From the IMG/VR virus record IMGVR_UViG_3300001567_000010, positions 1 to 51,803 of that record: 51,803 nucleotides of DNA; one strand, 5' to 3'. The DNA is from a virus. Shown piece by piece: positions 1 through 8,671 of this stretch. Under the pieces are notes generated by a model that was not told the origin of the DNA, did no database searches, and saw only the letters and a list, made by a program, of their open reading frames with translations. The position numbers and the translations under genes were made by a program. How positions within the stretch are numbered: position 1 is the first letter of the stretch; each line of letters begins with the position of its first letter.

Positions 1-67
1 CCTCGCCCGACTCGCGACCGCCACGACCGACGACTGGGCGGCGATGAACGGAGAGTATCGGAACATG
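1..67. repeat. Terminal direct repeat, left copy (circular assembly overlap)
   Basis: 1-67 equals 51737-51803 except T56 vs A51792; an ORF reads through the junction in frame. Confidence 0.95.
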
Positions 68-292
68 ATCCGGCTCAGGTGGGACGAACCTGCCCCGACC
101 GTGTGCAACCCGAAGAAGGTTTACATGGTCCACCCGGACGAGTGCCGGAACATCTCCCTCGCGGAGGCGGCAGCGCTCCAGGGGTTCCCGCCGGACTACG
201 TCTGGCATGGGAACGAGGGGGCCATCGCTCAGATGATCGCGAACGCCATGCCTGCGGAGATGGCCGCAGCGGTTGCGGGGGCGATAGCGTGA
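1..292 (+). CDS. C5-cytosine DNA methyltransferase, C-terminal part (continues from 51147 across the junction; about 293 aa total)
   Basis: Motif IX/X-like ISLAEAAALQGFP...IANAMP; codon 44 corresponds to 51780, in frame with ATG 51147. Confidence 0.9.
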   Translation, partial: LARLATATTDDWAAMNGEYRNMIRLRWDEPAPTVCNPKKVYMVHPDECRNISLAEAAALQGFPPDYVWHGNEGAIAQMIANAMPAEMAAAVAGAIA

Positions 293-384
293 GGTTCCTG
301 TGGTTCCTCCTCGGGTTCCTGCTCGGGGTCGTGGTGACGGCGCTCGGGCTGCTCTGGCTCGCGGCGATGGCGGTGGTCGCGTGA
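289..384 (+). CDS. Small single-TM peptide (31 aa)
   Basis: MRFLWFLLGFLLGVVVTALGLLWLAAMAVVA; GTGA overlaps at both ends. Confidence 0.55.
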   Translation: MRFLWFLLGFLLGVVVTALGLLWLAAMAVVA

Positions 385-773
385 CGCGGCGCCGTCTTCG
401 TCCGAAGATCCGGGCGGCGCTCATGGAGGTTGAGTCGGCGACCCTTCGCCGCAAGGAGCTCTCGATCCTAAACGCGAGATGCCCAATATGCGACGCGCCC
501 CTCTCCCAGAGCATGAGTGGCGAGAAGCACCTCCTCTATCATTTCGATTGCCGGGAGTGTGGGGCATGGGCGATCATTGGGGCGGCAGGTATCCGGGAGG
601 CGATCCTCGGGTCTGCCGACCCGGATGACGGAGACGACACTGTACACGGGAGTGGGTTCCTATATCTCTGGTTCAACGCGGAGACCGGGCGCCTCGTCCC
701 CTGCCCGACGGACGACGCATACCGGCGCAGGAAGGAGTTCCTAGCTCGCAAAGCGGCGGCGGTGATGACGTGA
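381..773 (+). CDS. Zn-ribbon hypothetical protein
   Basis: CPIC...CREC; coupled GTGA start/stop. Confidence 0.6.
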   Translation: MTRRRLRPKIRAALMEVESATLRRKELSILNARCPICDAPLSQSMSGEKHLLYHFDCRECGAWAIIGAAGIREAILGSADPDDGDDTVHGSGFLYLWFNAETGRLVPCPTDDAYRRRKEFLARKAAAVMT

Positions 774-1150
774 CGCGGAAGTGGAACCTGCCTCTGACCT
801 ACGCGCCGAAGATCGCCGGGGTCTGCGACGGCTCGATCCGGCAGACGATCCGGGTCGGGCGGAAGTTCAGCCCGGGCGATCTGGTGTCGTTCCACGGCTG
901 GAGCGGTCGCCCGTATCGCTCGACATGGTCGTTCCGGACGCCGTATGCGGCGCTGAAGGCCGTGATCCCGATCACGATCTACCCCGGAGGCATTGAGGCC
1001 CCTGGAGAGATCCGGTCGTGGGGTCTGCTCGATGAGATCGCACGGCTTGACGGCATCGAGCCGCCGACCGGGGAAGCGCTCTGTCGGGTGCTCTCGGGGA
1101 TGCACAAGATCCCCTTCGCCGGCGTCGGAGCGCAGATTTTGAGGTGGTGA
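770..1150 (+). CDS. ASCH/PUA-like domain protein
   Basis: GxxRQTIRVGRKFSPGDLVSF pattern typical of ASCH domains. Confidence 0.65.
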   Translation: MTRKWNLPLTYAPKIAGVCDGSIRQTIRVGRKFSPGDLVSFHGWSGRPYRSTWSFRTPYAALKAVIPITIYPGGIEAPGEIRSWGLLDEIARLDGIEPPTGEALCRVLSGMHKIPFAGVGAQILRW

Positions 1151-1152
1151 GT

Positions 1153-1350
1153 ATGGGTGACAACGAACGGTGCCCGTGGTGCGGATCTCTCCTCCACAAG
1201 AACCAGATGGGGCGAGCGTGGTGCAGCGATAAGGTGCGCTGCAGATACACTCGTGCCGCGGACGGGAGCGAATACCGGTTCCAGCCCACCAGATGCGCCG
1301 GCGGATATGTTGACCCGGGATCATGGGGTACGGAGGTGTATACCCCATGA
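1153..1350 (+). CDS. Small Cys-rich/Zn-ribbon protein
   Basis: CPWCG...WCSDKVRC; SD GAGGTGGTGA upstream. Confidence 0.55.
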   Translation: MGDNERCPWCGSLLHKNQMGRAWCSDKVRCRYTRAADGSEYRFQPTRCAGGYVDPGSWGTEVYTP

Positions 1351-1565
1351 GCGGCCCCTACATCCCGGCCCGGATCCGCGGAGGAGCCCGGCCATCCGTC
1401 AGCGATTGCGTGGGGTGCCCCGACCTCGAAAACAAGCGGTATAACTACCGGAAGATCCGGATCTGCGGGGTCACTGGGACGACGTTCCGGCAGACCGCGA
1501 CGTGCCCGAAGATGACGACGACGCGCCCGGAAATGGCGCCAATTTCAGGAGGCGATTATCAGTGA
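1347..1565 (+). CDS. Small Cys-rich hypothetical protein
   Basis: DCVGCP...IC...TCP; ATGA/GTGA coupling. Confidence 0.5.
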   Translation: MSGPYIPARIRGGARPSVSDCVGCPDLENKRYNYRKIRICGVTGTTFRQTATCPKMTTTRPEMAPISGGDYQ

Positions 1566-1822
1566 GTGCAAGCAATCAAGGACTGGCAGCGTTCGGCGTC
1601 GCTCCGGAGTGCGGGACCGCCTACCTCCTCGACCGGGAGATCGCCCGGATCATCGGTGAGGGGGAGGCGGGGCACATTCACGCCGTGGTGCGCGCCTGGG
1701 ACCCGGTGGCCCCGGGGCGATACACAGTCGTTACGGCAAACGATGCCGATCCCGCGGTCTTACTGGAATGGCAGCGATTCAAGGCCTATAATCAGTACTG
1801 GGTGATCCGCGATGAGTCCTGA
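1562..1822 (+). CDS. Hypothetical protein
   Basis: GTG start overlapping the upstream stop; fills operon gap. Confidence 0.5.
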   Translation: MSASNQGLAAFGVAPECGTAYLLDREIARIIGEGEAGHIHAVVRAWDPVAPGRYTVVTANDADPAVLLEWQRFKAYNQYWVIRDES

Positions 1823-4800
1823 GCCGATGACCTGGTATCAAGGACACATGATCCCTCGTGCCGAATACGAGCGGATCATGGCGGGGGAAGCGCCCGCACA
1901 ACCGGAGGGTAATGATGCGACGACGAATCACGACGGCTCACCCACTGATGGCGGTCCGGAGGCGACGAGTGCCGTGGAAGTCGGTACGGCGGGAGAGACA
2001 TGTGCGGAACCTGCTCCGGCAGAACGCCCGGGCCCGGCACCGGCTGAGAGTGAAGAGAAAAACGAGGGTATAGCATCATGTGGTTTATTGGGGGTAAATG
2101 ATGAGCAATCGGAAAACAGCGGTCAGAATGAGGCGCCAGAGGTGGCGCAAGAGTCCGTATCGGACGAGTATGTTCTCCCCCAGGATCCGGTGGGGACGGG
2201 TCATGAAGCCCAGGATCGCCCGGTTGAGGCGATCCACTCCGAGAGGAAGGTGGATCCGGATATTTCGAGCAATAGGGCTCTAAGTGACCCCACCCGGATC
2301 GGCATCCCGGAACAACTCAGGGGCTGCCAGTTCATCCTGGTAAAACCGAAGGACAAGCCGGCGATCGAGAAGGGCTGGCAGACGACCGCGAACTATGCGT
2401 ATGATGACCCCCGGCTCCTGGCACACATCGCGGCCGGCGGGAACTACGGCGTGATGCCGGCGGGGGGAGTCTGTATCCTCGACGCAGACAAGACCGACCG
2501 GCTCATGGAGATGGGCGTGCTTGACCGGCTTATCGAGACGTTCGTCGTCCGGACCGGGAGGAAGGATGGGTTCGGTTCGCACTTCTATCTTCGGTGCCCC
2601 GACGCGCCGGCGGAGAAGCACATCCTCCGCGACCCCGAGACCCGGGAGGACCTCGGCGACCTGCGCGGGAGTGGCCATCCGTCGTTCTGCGTGGGACCGG
2701 GCTCCATCCATCCCTCCGGCGGACGCTACGAGATTGCGAACGATGCGCCGTTGCTGGAGATACCATGGGCTGAGTTGCAGGCCCTGGTCGTCGCCCCCTG
2801 CACCCCTCCGCAGCGGGAGATTACGGTCCCCCGCATCCCCCGGACGCCCCGGAGTATCACGATCTCGGACGCGCTCGACCTGCGGGTGACGGACTTCTTG
2901 ATGCCCCTGAACCCGACCGTCCGAGATACTGGGGAGATCGAAGGGGTGCACCCTATACACGGCTCCGAGACGGGCACGAACCTGACGATATCGGCCGATA
3001 ATCAAGAGTGGTGGTGTCGCCGGCACGAGACCGGGGGCGGGCCGCTGGAGGCCCTTGCGGTCGCTGAGAAGATCATCGATTGCGCGGATGCTCGGGCGGG
3101 ATGCCTGCAGGGCCACTGGGCTGAGATCTTCGAGGCCCTGAAGGCTCACGGGTATGCGGAGCAGCTGAAAGAGTGGGAGTGGGAGACGGGGAAGCGTGAG
3201 GTCTTGATCGACGCCGTCGCGGGCGCCGAGGACTCTGAGCCGGCGCCGGCCGAGGTCCTCCGCCCGACGATCGTCTTGACTGGTCGGCACATGCACGAGG
3301 TGACGGAGGACGCGATCCGGGCGATCAGTGAGGCGAACGATCCGCCGATATTATTTCACCGGGCCGGCGCACCTGTGCGGGTCTGCCGGGACGAGCAGGA
3401 CCGGGCAAAGATCCAGTCGCTCACCGAGCACGCGCTCCGCGGGGTTATGGACCGGGTTGCGGTCTGGCTCTCGATCAAGATGATGAAAGAAGGGGGATTT
3501 AAAGAGATCCCGGAGTATCCTCCGATCTCGATTGTCCGCGATATCCTCGGTCAACCTTCCGATGAATGGCGGCTCCCTCCCCTTGTCGGGATTGCGACGT
3601 CTCCGATCTTGCACCTGGACGGCACGATCCACGCGACCGTAGGGTACGACGAGGTGACGCGGATGTACCTCATGCCGGAGCCCGGGTTCATGCTCGCCCC
3701 GGTGCCCGACGATCCGACACACGATGAGGTTGAGGCCGCGAAGGACTTGATTCTGGAGATCTTCTGGGACTTTCCGTTCGTGGATGAGGCCAGCCGGTGG
3801 AACGCGGTCGGGGCATTCTTGACCGGGGTGTTCCGTCCGATCATCGACGGCCCGTGCCCGTGCTGGCTGCTCACAAAGCCGCAGGCCGGGTCGGGCGCGT
3901 CACTGATGCAGAACGCGGTGTATATGGCGATCACGGGGGTGACTCCGCCGGCGAGCGTGACCCCGAAGACGAAGGAGGAGTGGAGTAAGCGGATCATGTC
4001 AATCCTGCGCGGCGGGTCGCCCCTCCATATCTGGGATAACCTCGAAGGAAGTCTCAAGTCGGATGTCCTGGCGTCGCTCCTGACGGCCCGGGAATGGAGC
4101 GATCGTATCCTCGGCGTCACAGAGGACGCAGCACTGCCGGCCCGGACCGTCTGGTTCGGCAACGGGAACAATGTGCAGATCGGGGGGGACCTCGCTCGCC
4201 GGGTGATCCTCTCACGCATCGACGCCGAGGTGGCTATGCCGTGGCTCCGGGAGGACTTCCGACACCCGGACCTGATACTGTGGGTCCGGGAGAACCGGGG
4301 TCGCCTGATCGCCGCTGCGTTGACGCTCGGTCTTGCCTGGGTGAGGGCCGGGTGTCCGGAGCCGGAGAAGGTGTCTCCCCTCGGCGGGTTCGAGGGGTGG
4401 CGGCATGTCGTCGGGGGGGTCCTGGAGTATGCGGGCGCGACTGAGTTCATGGCGAACGCGATGGATGTCTTCGTCGAGGGAGACTCGGACCTCCGCCAGT
4501 GGGAGGGGTTCTTGTCTGCGGTGTTCGACGAGTTTGGCTCGAACCCATGGACGGTCTCCGACCTTAAGGTTCGGCTCGACCGGGAGGTGAAAGAGGTGAC
4601 TTCGTTCCGGACCCTGATCCACGAGACGCTGCCGGACGATATCTCCGACGCCTTCGCGGACCCGCACAGGTCCTTCTCGAAGGTATGCGGCAAGGCCCTC
4701 GCGCGACAGGAGGGGAGGAGGTTCCCATCCGGGCTCATGCTCCACCGGGGGAAGACTGTGCAGCGGGCTACCCAGTGGGTGATCGTGCAGACGAAAGGCG

Positions 4801-4838
4801 AAGATCAGGTGCTCACAGATGGAGGTGAGGGGAAATGA
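1812..4838 (+). CDS. Bifunctional primase-polymerase (Prim-Pol/AEP) fused to a helicase-like P-loop domain
   Basis: KPAIEKGW, NYGV, CILDAD, VVRTG..GSHFY, DLRG..SFCVGPGSIHPSGGRY motifs; C-terminal KPQAGSGAS (Walker A-like) and HIWDN (Walker B-like). Confidence 0.85.
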   Translation: MSPEPMTWYQGHMIPRAEYERIMAGEAPAQPEGNDATTNHDGSPTDGGPEATSAVEVGTAGETCAEPAPAERPGPAPAESEEKNEGIASCGLLGVNDEQSENSGQNEAPEVAQESVSDEYVLPQDPVGTGHEAQDRPVEAIHSERKVDPDISSNRALSDPTRIGIPEQLRGCQFILVKPKDKPAIEKGWQTTANYAYDDPRLLAHIAAGGNYGVMPAGGVCILDADKTDRLMEMGVLDRLIETFVVRTGRKDGFGSHFYLRCPDAPAEKHILRDPETREDLGDLRGSGHPSFCVGPGSIHPSGGRYEIANDAPLLEIPWAELQALVVAPCTPPQREITVPRIPRTPRSITISDALDLRVTDFLMPLNPTVRDTGEIEGVHPIHGSETGTNLTISADNQEWWCRRHETGGGPLEALAVAEKIIDCADARAGCLQGHWAEIFEALKAHGYAEQLKEWEWETGKREVLIDAVAGAEDSEPAPAEVLRPTIVLTGRHMHEVTEDAIRAISEANDPPILFHRAGAPVRVCRDEQDRAKIQSLTEHALRGVMDRVAVWLSIKMMKEGGFKEIPEYPPISIVRDILGQPSDEWRLPPLVGIATSPILHLDGTIHATVGYDEVTRMYLMPEPGFMLAPVPDDPTHDEVEAAKDLILEIFWDFPFVDEASRWNAVGAFLTGVFRPIIDGPCPCWLLTKPQAGSGASLMQNAVYMAITGVTPPASVTPKTKEEWSKRIMSILRGGSPLHIWDNLEGSLKSDVLASLLTAREWSDRILGVTEDAALPARTVWFGNGNNVQIGGDLARRVILSRIDAEVAMPWLREDFRHPDLILWVRENRGRLIAAALTLGLAWVRAGCPEPEKVSPLGGFEGWRHVVGGVLEYAGATEFMANAMDVFVEGDSDLRQWEGFLSAVFDEFGSNPWTVSDLKVRLDREVKEVTSFRTLIHETLPDDISDAFADPHRSFSKVCGKALARQEGRRFPSGLMLHRGKTVQRATQWVIVQTKGEDQVLTDGGEGK

Positions 4839-5184
4839 AACTCACAAAAATTTTACCGGGAAACAAACTCACCAAACTCACAAACTCACTACGACGAAAT
4901 AGCGACGCGGAACACACCCGAAAACAAACTCACCAAACTCACAAACTCACGGATAATTTAGACAGAAACAAACTCACCAAACTCACTCCAAAAATGAAAC
5001 TCACTTATTTTTTAGCCGAGTCCCGGTGCCGGATTGAGGAGATACCTCATTATATGAGATATCTCTTTTTCTCTAGTGAGTTTGTGAGTTTAGAGTGGGT
5101 AGTAACGTGTGAAGAAAAAATAGGAGGCGCATATATACAGTACAGGAACCGCCCACGGCAAACTCACCAAACTCACAAACTCAC
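4838..5184. repeat. Putative replication origin: 15 AAACTCAC iterons (13 direct, 2 inverted), AT-rich, with a hairpin at 5039-5065
   Basis: Copies counted directly; 29-bp unit at 4861-4889 and 4922-4950; immediately downstream of the replication gene. Confidence 0.8.
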
Positions 5185-5206
5185 TTTGCTGCAGGGGGCG
5201 GTCTGA

Positions 5207-5596
5207 GTGGTGGCCACTACTCCCGCCTCCCGCAAGGCTAAGGGCAGGCGGTTCCAGCAGGCGGTCCGGCAGGACCTGATCGACCGCCTCGATATCCACG
5301 AGGGCGACATCCTCAGCACGGCGATGGGGCAGGCAGGCTGCGACCTCTACCTCTCCCCCGCCGCCCGGGCGCGGTTCCCGTTTGCCGTCGAGTGCAAGCA
5401 TCAGGAGACAATCTCGCTACCGGCCTGGTGGCAACAATGCACCGCGAACGCCGAGGCGGAGGGGCTCGCCCCCCTCCTCGTCCTGAAGCAGAGCCGCCGG
5501 GAGCCGCTCGCCGTGCTCCGGTGGGAGGACCTCCTCGCGCTGCTCCAGAACATCCCGGCAAATTTACCGGAAGGTTCCGACGGGGGAGGGGCATGA
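5207..5596 (+). CDS. Holliday junction resolvase-like PD-(D/E)XK nuclease
   Basis: KAKGRRFQQ...GCDL...FAVECKHQE motif set. Confidence 0.8.
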   Translation: MVATTPASRKAKGRRFQQAVRQDLIDRLDIHEGDILSTAMGQAGCDLYLSPAARARFPFAVECKHQETISLPAWWQQCTANAEAEGLAPLLVLKQSRREPLAVLRWEDLLALLQNIPANLPEGSDGGGA

Positions 5597-5799
5597 CCAG
5601 GATCATCCGTGTCGAACTCTGCGACGAGTGCCCTCATGCCGCCGGCTCCCGGAGCTGCCGGGCAAGCCAGTGGTGCGATGAGGGCGGCATCCTCCGCTGT
5701 CGAAAGTTCACTGACTACCCTCTCATCCCAGACTGGTGCCCGCTGGAGCAGGTCGCCCCTGACTGGCGCCCGCCGGCAGAGGGGGGTGAGCAGCCATGA
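5593..5799 (+). CDS. Small Cys-rich protein
   Basis: CDECP..C..C...C....IPDWCPL; ATGA coupling. Confidence 0.55.
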   Translation: MTRIIRVELCDECPHAAGSRSCRASQWCDEGGILRCRKFTDYPLIPDWCPLEQVAPDWRPPAEGGEQP

Positions 5800-6128
5800 C
5801 CCCGCCGCCCGGCCACATCCGTCCCGACGGCCGCGGCGGACTCCGCGTGATGATCGAGGAGGTCGAGCACTGGTTCGCCCCCGTCGACGCCGCCCGCCTC
5901 CTCCAGGAGAATGCATTTGCCTTCCTCTACGACCCCGACCCGGCACCCCTGCTCCGATGTGAGCCGCGCCGCCGGACCGGTCACGTCTTCCCCTCCAACC
6001 CTGCCGGCACCGAGACACCGCACCTCCTGATCACCGTCTACCCGGACCGGCGATACCTCGCCCTTACCGCCGAGGTGCGCGAAGTCCGGGAAGGAACGAG
6101 GGACATCTGCAAGGTGGTGAGCGCATGA
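5796..6128 (+). CDS. Hypothetical protein
   Basis: Translationally coupled ORF in operon. Confidence 0.55.
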   Translation: MTPPPGHIRPDGRGGLRVMIEEVEHWFAPVDAARLLQENAFAFLYDPDPAPLLRCEPRRRTGHVFPSNPAGTETPHLLITVYPDRRYLALTAEVREVREGTRDICKVVSA

Positions 6129-6313
6129 ACGACGAAGGGACAATGCACGAGGGACAAGATCGCAATTCGCAGGTTCGGGGCCCGTATATCGACCGAGACG
6201 TTGCCGCTGAATTAGCATATCTCAGGGTTATGTGGAGAATGCAGACTGTGTCTGACGTTATCCGCGACCTGATCGATCAGTATAAGAACTCGCGGTCAGA
6301 ACTGTCAAAATAG
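6125..6313 (+). CDS. Ribbon-helix-helix-like DNA-binding protein (candidate late regulator)
   Basis: YIDRDVAAELAYLR....TVSDVIRDLI pattern; last gene before the late promoter motif. Confidence 0.55.
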   Translation: MNDEGTMHEGQDRNSQVRGPYIDRDVAAELAYLRVMWRMQTVSDVIRDLIDQYKNSRSELSK

Positions 6314-6344
6314 TCAAAACAGACAGTTTCACACCTCTTTTTAA
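6300..6344 (+). promoter_or_regulatory. Putative late promoter 1 (GTCAA repeats plus TTTTTAA TATA box)
   Basis: 37/45 ungapped identity with 12050-12094; precedes the terminase/portal operon. Confidence 0.7.
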
Positions 6345-6373
6345 GTTTCGGGGTTATATACCTCTCTGATCAT

Positions 6374-6808
6374 ATGGGGGACATCGAAGAGCGGCGGCGA
6401 ACGGCCGAGGAGATCATCGCGTATCTCCGGGGTAAGGGTTACATCAAGACCCGAGCTGAGATCGACAGTCGGACCGGAGAGTGCCGGATCTCCATGATCC
6501 ATGTGGACGGAGACCCCCTCTGGATTAACCTCCGTGACCTGCCGCCGTCGGTCCTCGCCGAGTTCTGCAACGTCTACGAGGAGATTCACGCGCTTGGGTT
6601 CGGCCTCATCCATTCCTGCACTCGGCTTCGGCCGCTCCGCTACAGCGAGATTGCAAAGGAGGACTTCAGCCCGGATCTGATCGCGGACCTACAGCACGAA
6701 TACCACTATTATTGGGGCGCGTTCTGGGTGCTCCGGATTGTGATCGCCCTGGCGCTCCTCCTCATCACGGGCAGCCTGGAGGCCGTAGCGCACCTCCTGG
6801 GGTGGTGA
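6374..6808 (+). CDS. Hypothetical protein with C-terminal TM helix
   Basis: C-terminal FWVLRIVIALALLLITG; ATG about 30 nt after the TATA box. Confidence 0.6.
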   Translation: MGDIEERRRTAEEIIAYLRGKGYIKTRAEIDSRTGECRISMIHVDGDPLWINLRDLPPSVLAEFCNVYEEIHALGFGLIHSCTRLRPLRYSEIAKEDFSPDLIADLQHEYHYYWGAFWVLRIVIALALLLITGSLEAVAHLLGW

Positions 6809-7242
6809 GGATCGGGTCCCGGAACGATGGGGCAAAAACTGCCCCGGAGAAGGTCCCGGCAGCCATCAGGCGAGAGAGGACCCTGGAACTCCGGGCCTCG
6901 GGGCGGTCCATCCGCTCGATTGCTGACGAGCTGAAGATCTCGAAGTCTCAGGTCCAGCGGGACATTGAGAAGGAACTGAAAGCGGCCGCAGAGGGGCGCA
7001 AGAAGATCGCAGGACTCATCATCGATCTCGAGCTCGCGAAACTCGACGCACTCGAAGAGAAGGCCTGGGAACACATCACCGACGGGGAACTCTCTGCGAT
7101 CGATCGCGTGCTTCGAGCCATGGAACGCCGGGCGAAACTGCTCGGACTCGACAAGACCGGTGAGGCAGGTGACACTGGTTCGCTCGACGACCTGGTCGCA
7201 GCCATCGAGCAGATGAGGGAGGGCCAGCCGAGTGGCGATTAA
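6805..7242 (+). CDS. terS: Terminase small subunit (HTH)
   Basis: N-terminal HTH (SIRSIADELKISKSQVQRD), ERRAKLLGLD motif, directly upstream of TerL. Confidence 0.8.
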   Translation: MRIGSRNDGAKTAPEKVPAAIRRERTLELRASGRSIRSIADELKISKSQVQRDIEKELKAAAEGRKKIAGLIIDLELAKLDALEEKAWEHITDGELSAIDRVLRAMERRAKLLGLDKTGEAGDTGSLDDLVAAIEQMREGQPSGD

Positions 7243-8440
7243 GTGGGGCCGGTTCTCTCCCAAAGCGCTCCGGTCCATCCGCGAGAGCACCCGGCGGCTC
7301 AATATCTGGCATGGAGCGGTCCGGTCTTCCAAGACCGTCTCCTCCAGCGTCCGGTTCCTGGAGTTCATCGCCACCGCTCCCCCGGGCGACATCCTGATCA
7401 GCGGCAAGACCGAGCGGACCGTCTACCGCAACATCCTCCGGCCGATCCAGGACATTGTCGGCCGCGGGAACTTCCACTATGCCCGGAACACCGGGGAGTG
7501 CACGATCGCCGGCCGGCTCTGTTACGTTGCCGGCGCCAATGACGAGCGAGCCGAAGAGAAGATCCGGGGCATGACCCTGATCGGCGCCTACGTCGACGAG
7601 GCCACGATCCTGCCTGAATCCTACTTCCGGATGCTCGGCACCCGGCTCTCCCTGCCCGGCGCGAAGATGTTCGTCACCACGAACCCCGACGGCCCGTTTC
7701 ACTGGCTGTACACCGATTACATCCAGAACCCCGATATCGATGCTGCGGTCTTCCACTTTGAGCTCGATGACAACCCGGCGCTCTCGGAGGAGTACAAGGC
7801 GGCGTTGAAGGCGGAGTACTCGGGCCTCTGGTACCAGCGGTTCATCCTCGGGCTCTGGGTGCAGGCGGAGGGCGCGATCTACGATATGTGGGACGAGAGC
7901 AAGCACGTCCTCGCCGAGCCGCCGGGCCGGGCCGAGGCGTACTACGTCGCGATCGACTACGGGACCAGCAACCCGACGGTCTTCGGGCTCTTCGGGGTCC
8001 GGGGGAAGGTCGCCTGGATGGAGCGGGAGTACTACTACGACCCGGGCAAGACCGGCCGGCAGAAGACCGACGCGGAGTACTCGAAGGCCCTTGCCGAGTT
8101 CCTCAACGGCATCGCCCCCAGGTCGATCATCGTCGACCCGTCGGCCCTCTCCTTCAAGGTCCAGCTCCGCCGGGACGGGTTCGAGAACGTCAAGAACGCC
8201 GACAACGCCGTCATCGACGGGATCCGCACCCAGAGCAGCATGCTGCACCAGGGGAGGTACTTCGTCCTCCGCTGCTGCACCCACACGATCGAAGAGTACG
8301 GAGCGTACGTCTGGGATGCCAAGGCGCAGCAGAAGGGCGAAGACAAGCCCGTGAAAGAGAACGACCACAGCAAAGACGCGGAACGTTATTTCCTGCACAC
8401 GGTCTTCGGCAAGGGACCGGGGATCTCGTTCCTGAGGTGA
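7232..8440 (+). CDS. terL: Terminase large subunit, PBSX-like
   Basis: GAVRSSKT Walker A, AYVDEA Walker B, TTNPDGP, nuclease IDYG and NDHSKDAERY. Confidence 0.95.
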   Translation: MAIKWGRFSPKALRSIRESTRRLNIWHGAVRSSKTVSSSVRFLEFIATAPPGDILISGKTERTVYRNILRPIQDIVGRGNFHYARNTGECTIAGRLCYVAGANDERAEEKIRGMTLIGAYVDEATILPESYFRMLGTRLSLPGAKMFVTTNPDGPFHWLYTDYIQNPDIDAAVFHFELDDNPALSEEYKAALKAEYSGLWYQRFILGLWVQAEGAIYDMWDESKHVLAEPPGRAEAYYVAIDYGTSNPTVFGLFGVRGKVAWMEREYYYDPGKTGRQKTDAEYSKALAEFLNGIAPRSIIVDPSALSFKVQLRRDGFENVKNADNAVIDGIRTQSSMLHQGRYFVLRCCTHTIEEYGAYVWDAKAQQKGEDKPVKENDHSKDAERYFLHTVFGKGPGISFLR

Positions 8441-8443
8441 CAC

Positions 8444-8671
8444 ATGACAAACGACTCACTGTATATATTGGTCTGCTCAATCTGCGGCCATCCGCTGGAG
8501 AAATGGCAGATCGCAGGAGAGACACTCGACACGACACTGATCGACTACGACGAGCGTGCGCTCATCGATATCAGACTCATTCTCTGTGCTGAGTGCCACG
8601 AGAAGATCAAGGTCTACGCAAACAGCTCAGTCGAGGAGGCCGTCGCACGGATGGAACACGATGCGGCATGA
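8444..8671 (+). CDS. Small Zn-finger hypothetical protein
   Basis: CSICG...LCAECH; SD GAGGTGA. Confidence 0.6.
   Translation: MTNDSLYILVCSICGHPLEKWQIAGETLDTTLIDYDERALIDIRLILCAECHEKIKVYANSSVEEAVARMEHDAA

Noticed and set aside
56-56. T/A mismatch in the terminal repeat (TAT vs AAT) as DGR-type mutagenesis
   Set aside because: Single site with no TR homology; more likely a sequencing error or strain polymorphism at the contig end.
4861-5184. Possible CRISPR array
   Set aside because: Repeat units are internally repetitive, irregularly spaced and partly inverted, with no unique equal-length spacers and no cas genes.
4835-5206. 123-aa ORF with KLTKLT repeats
   Set aside because: It is the translation of the AAACTCAC iterons in an AT-rich origin-like region; probably non-coding.
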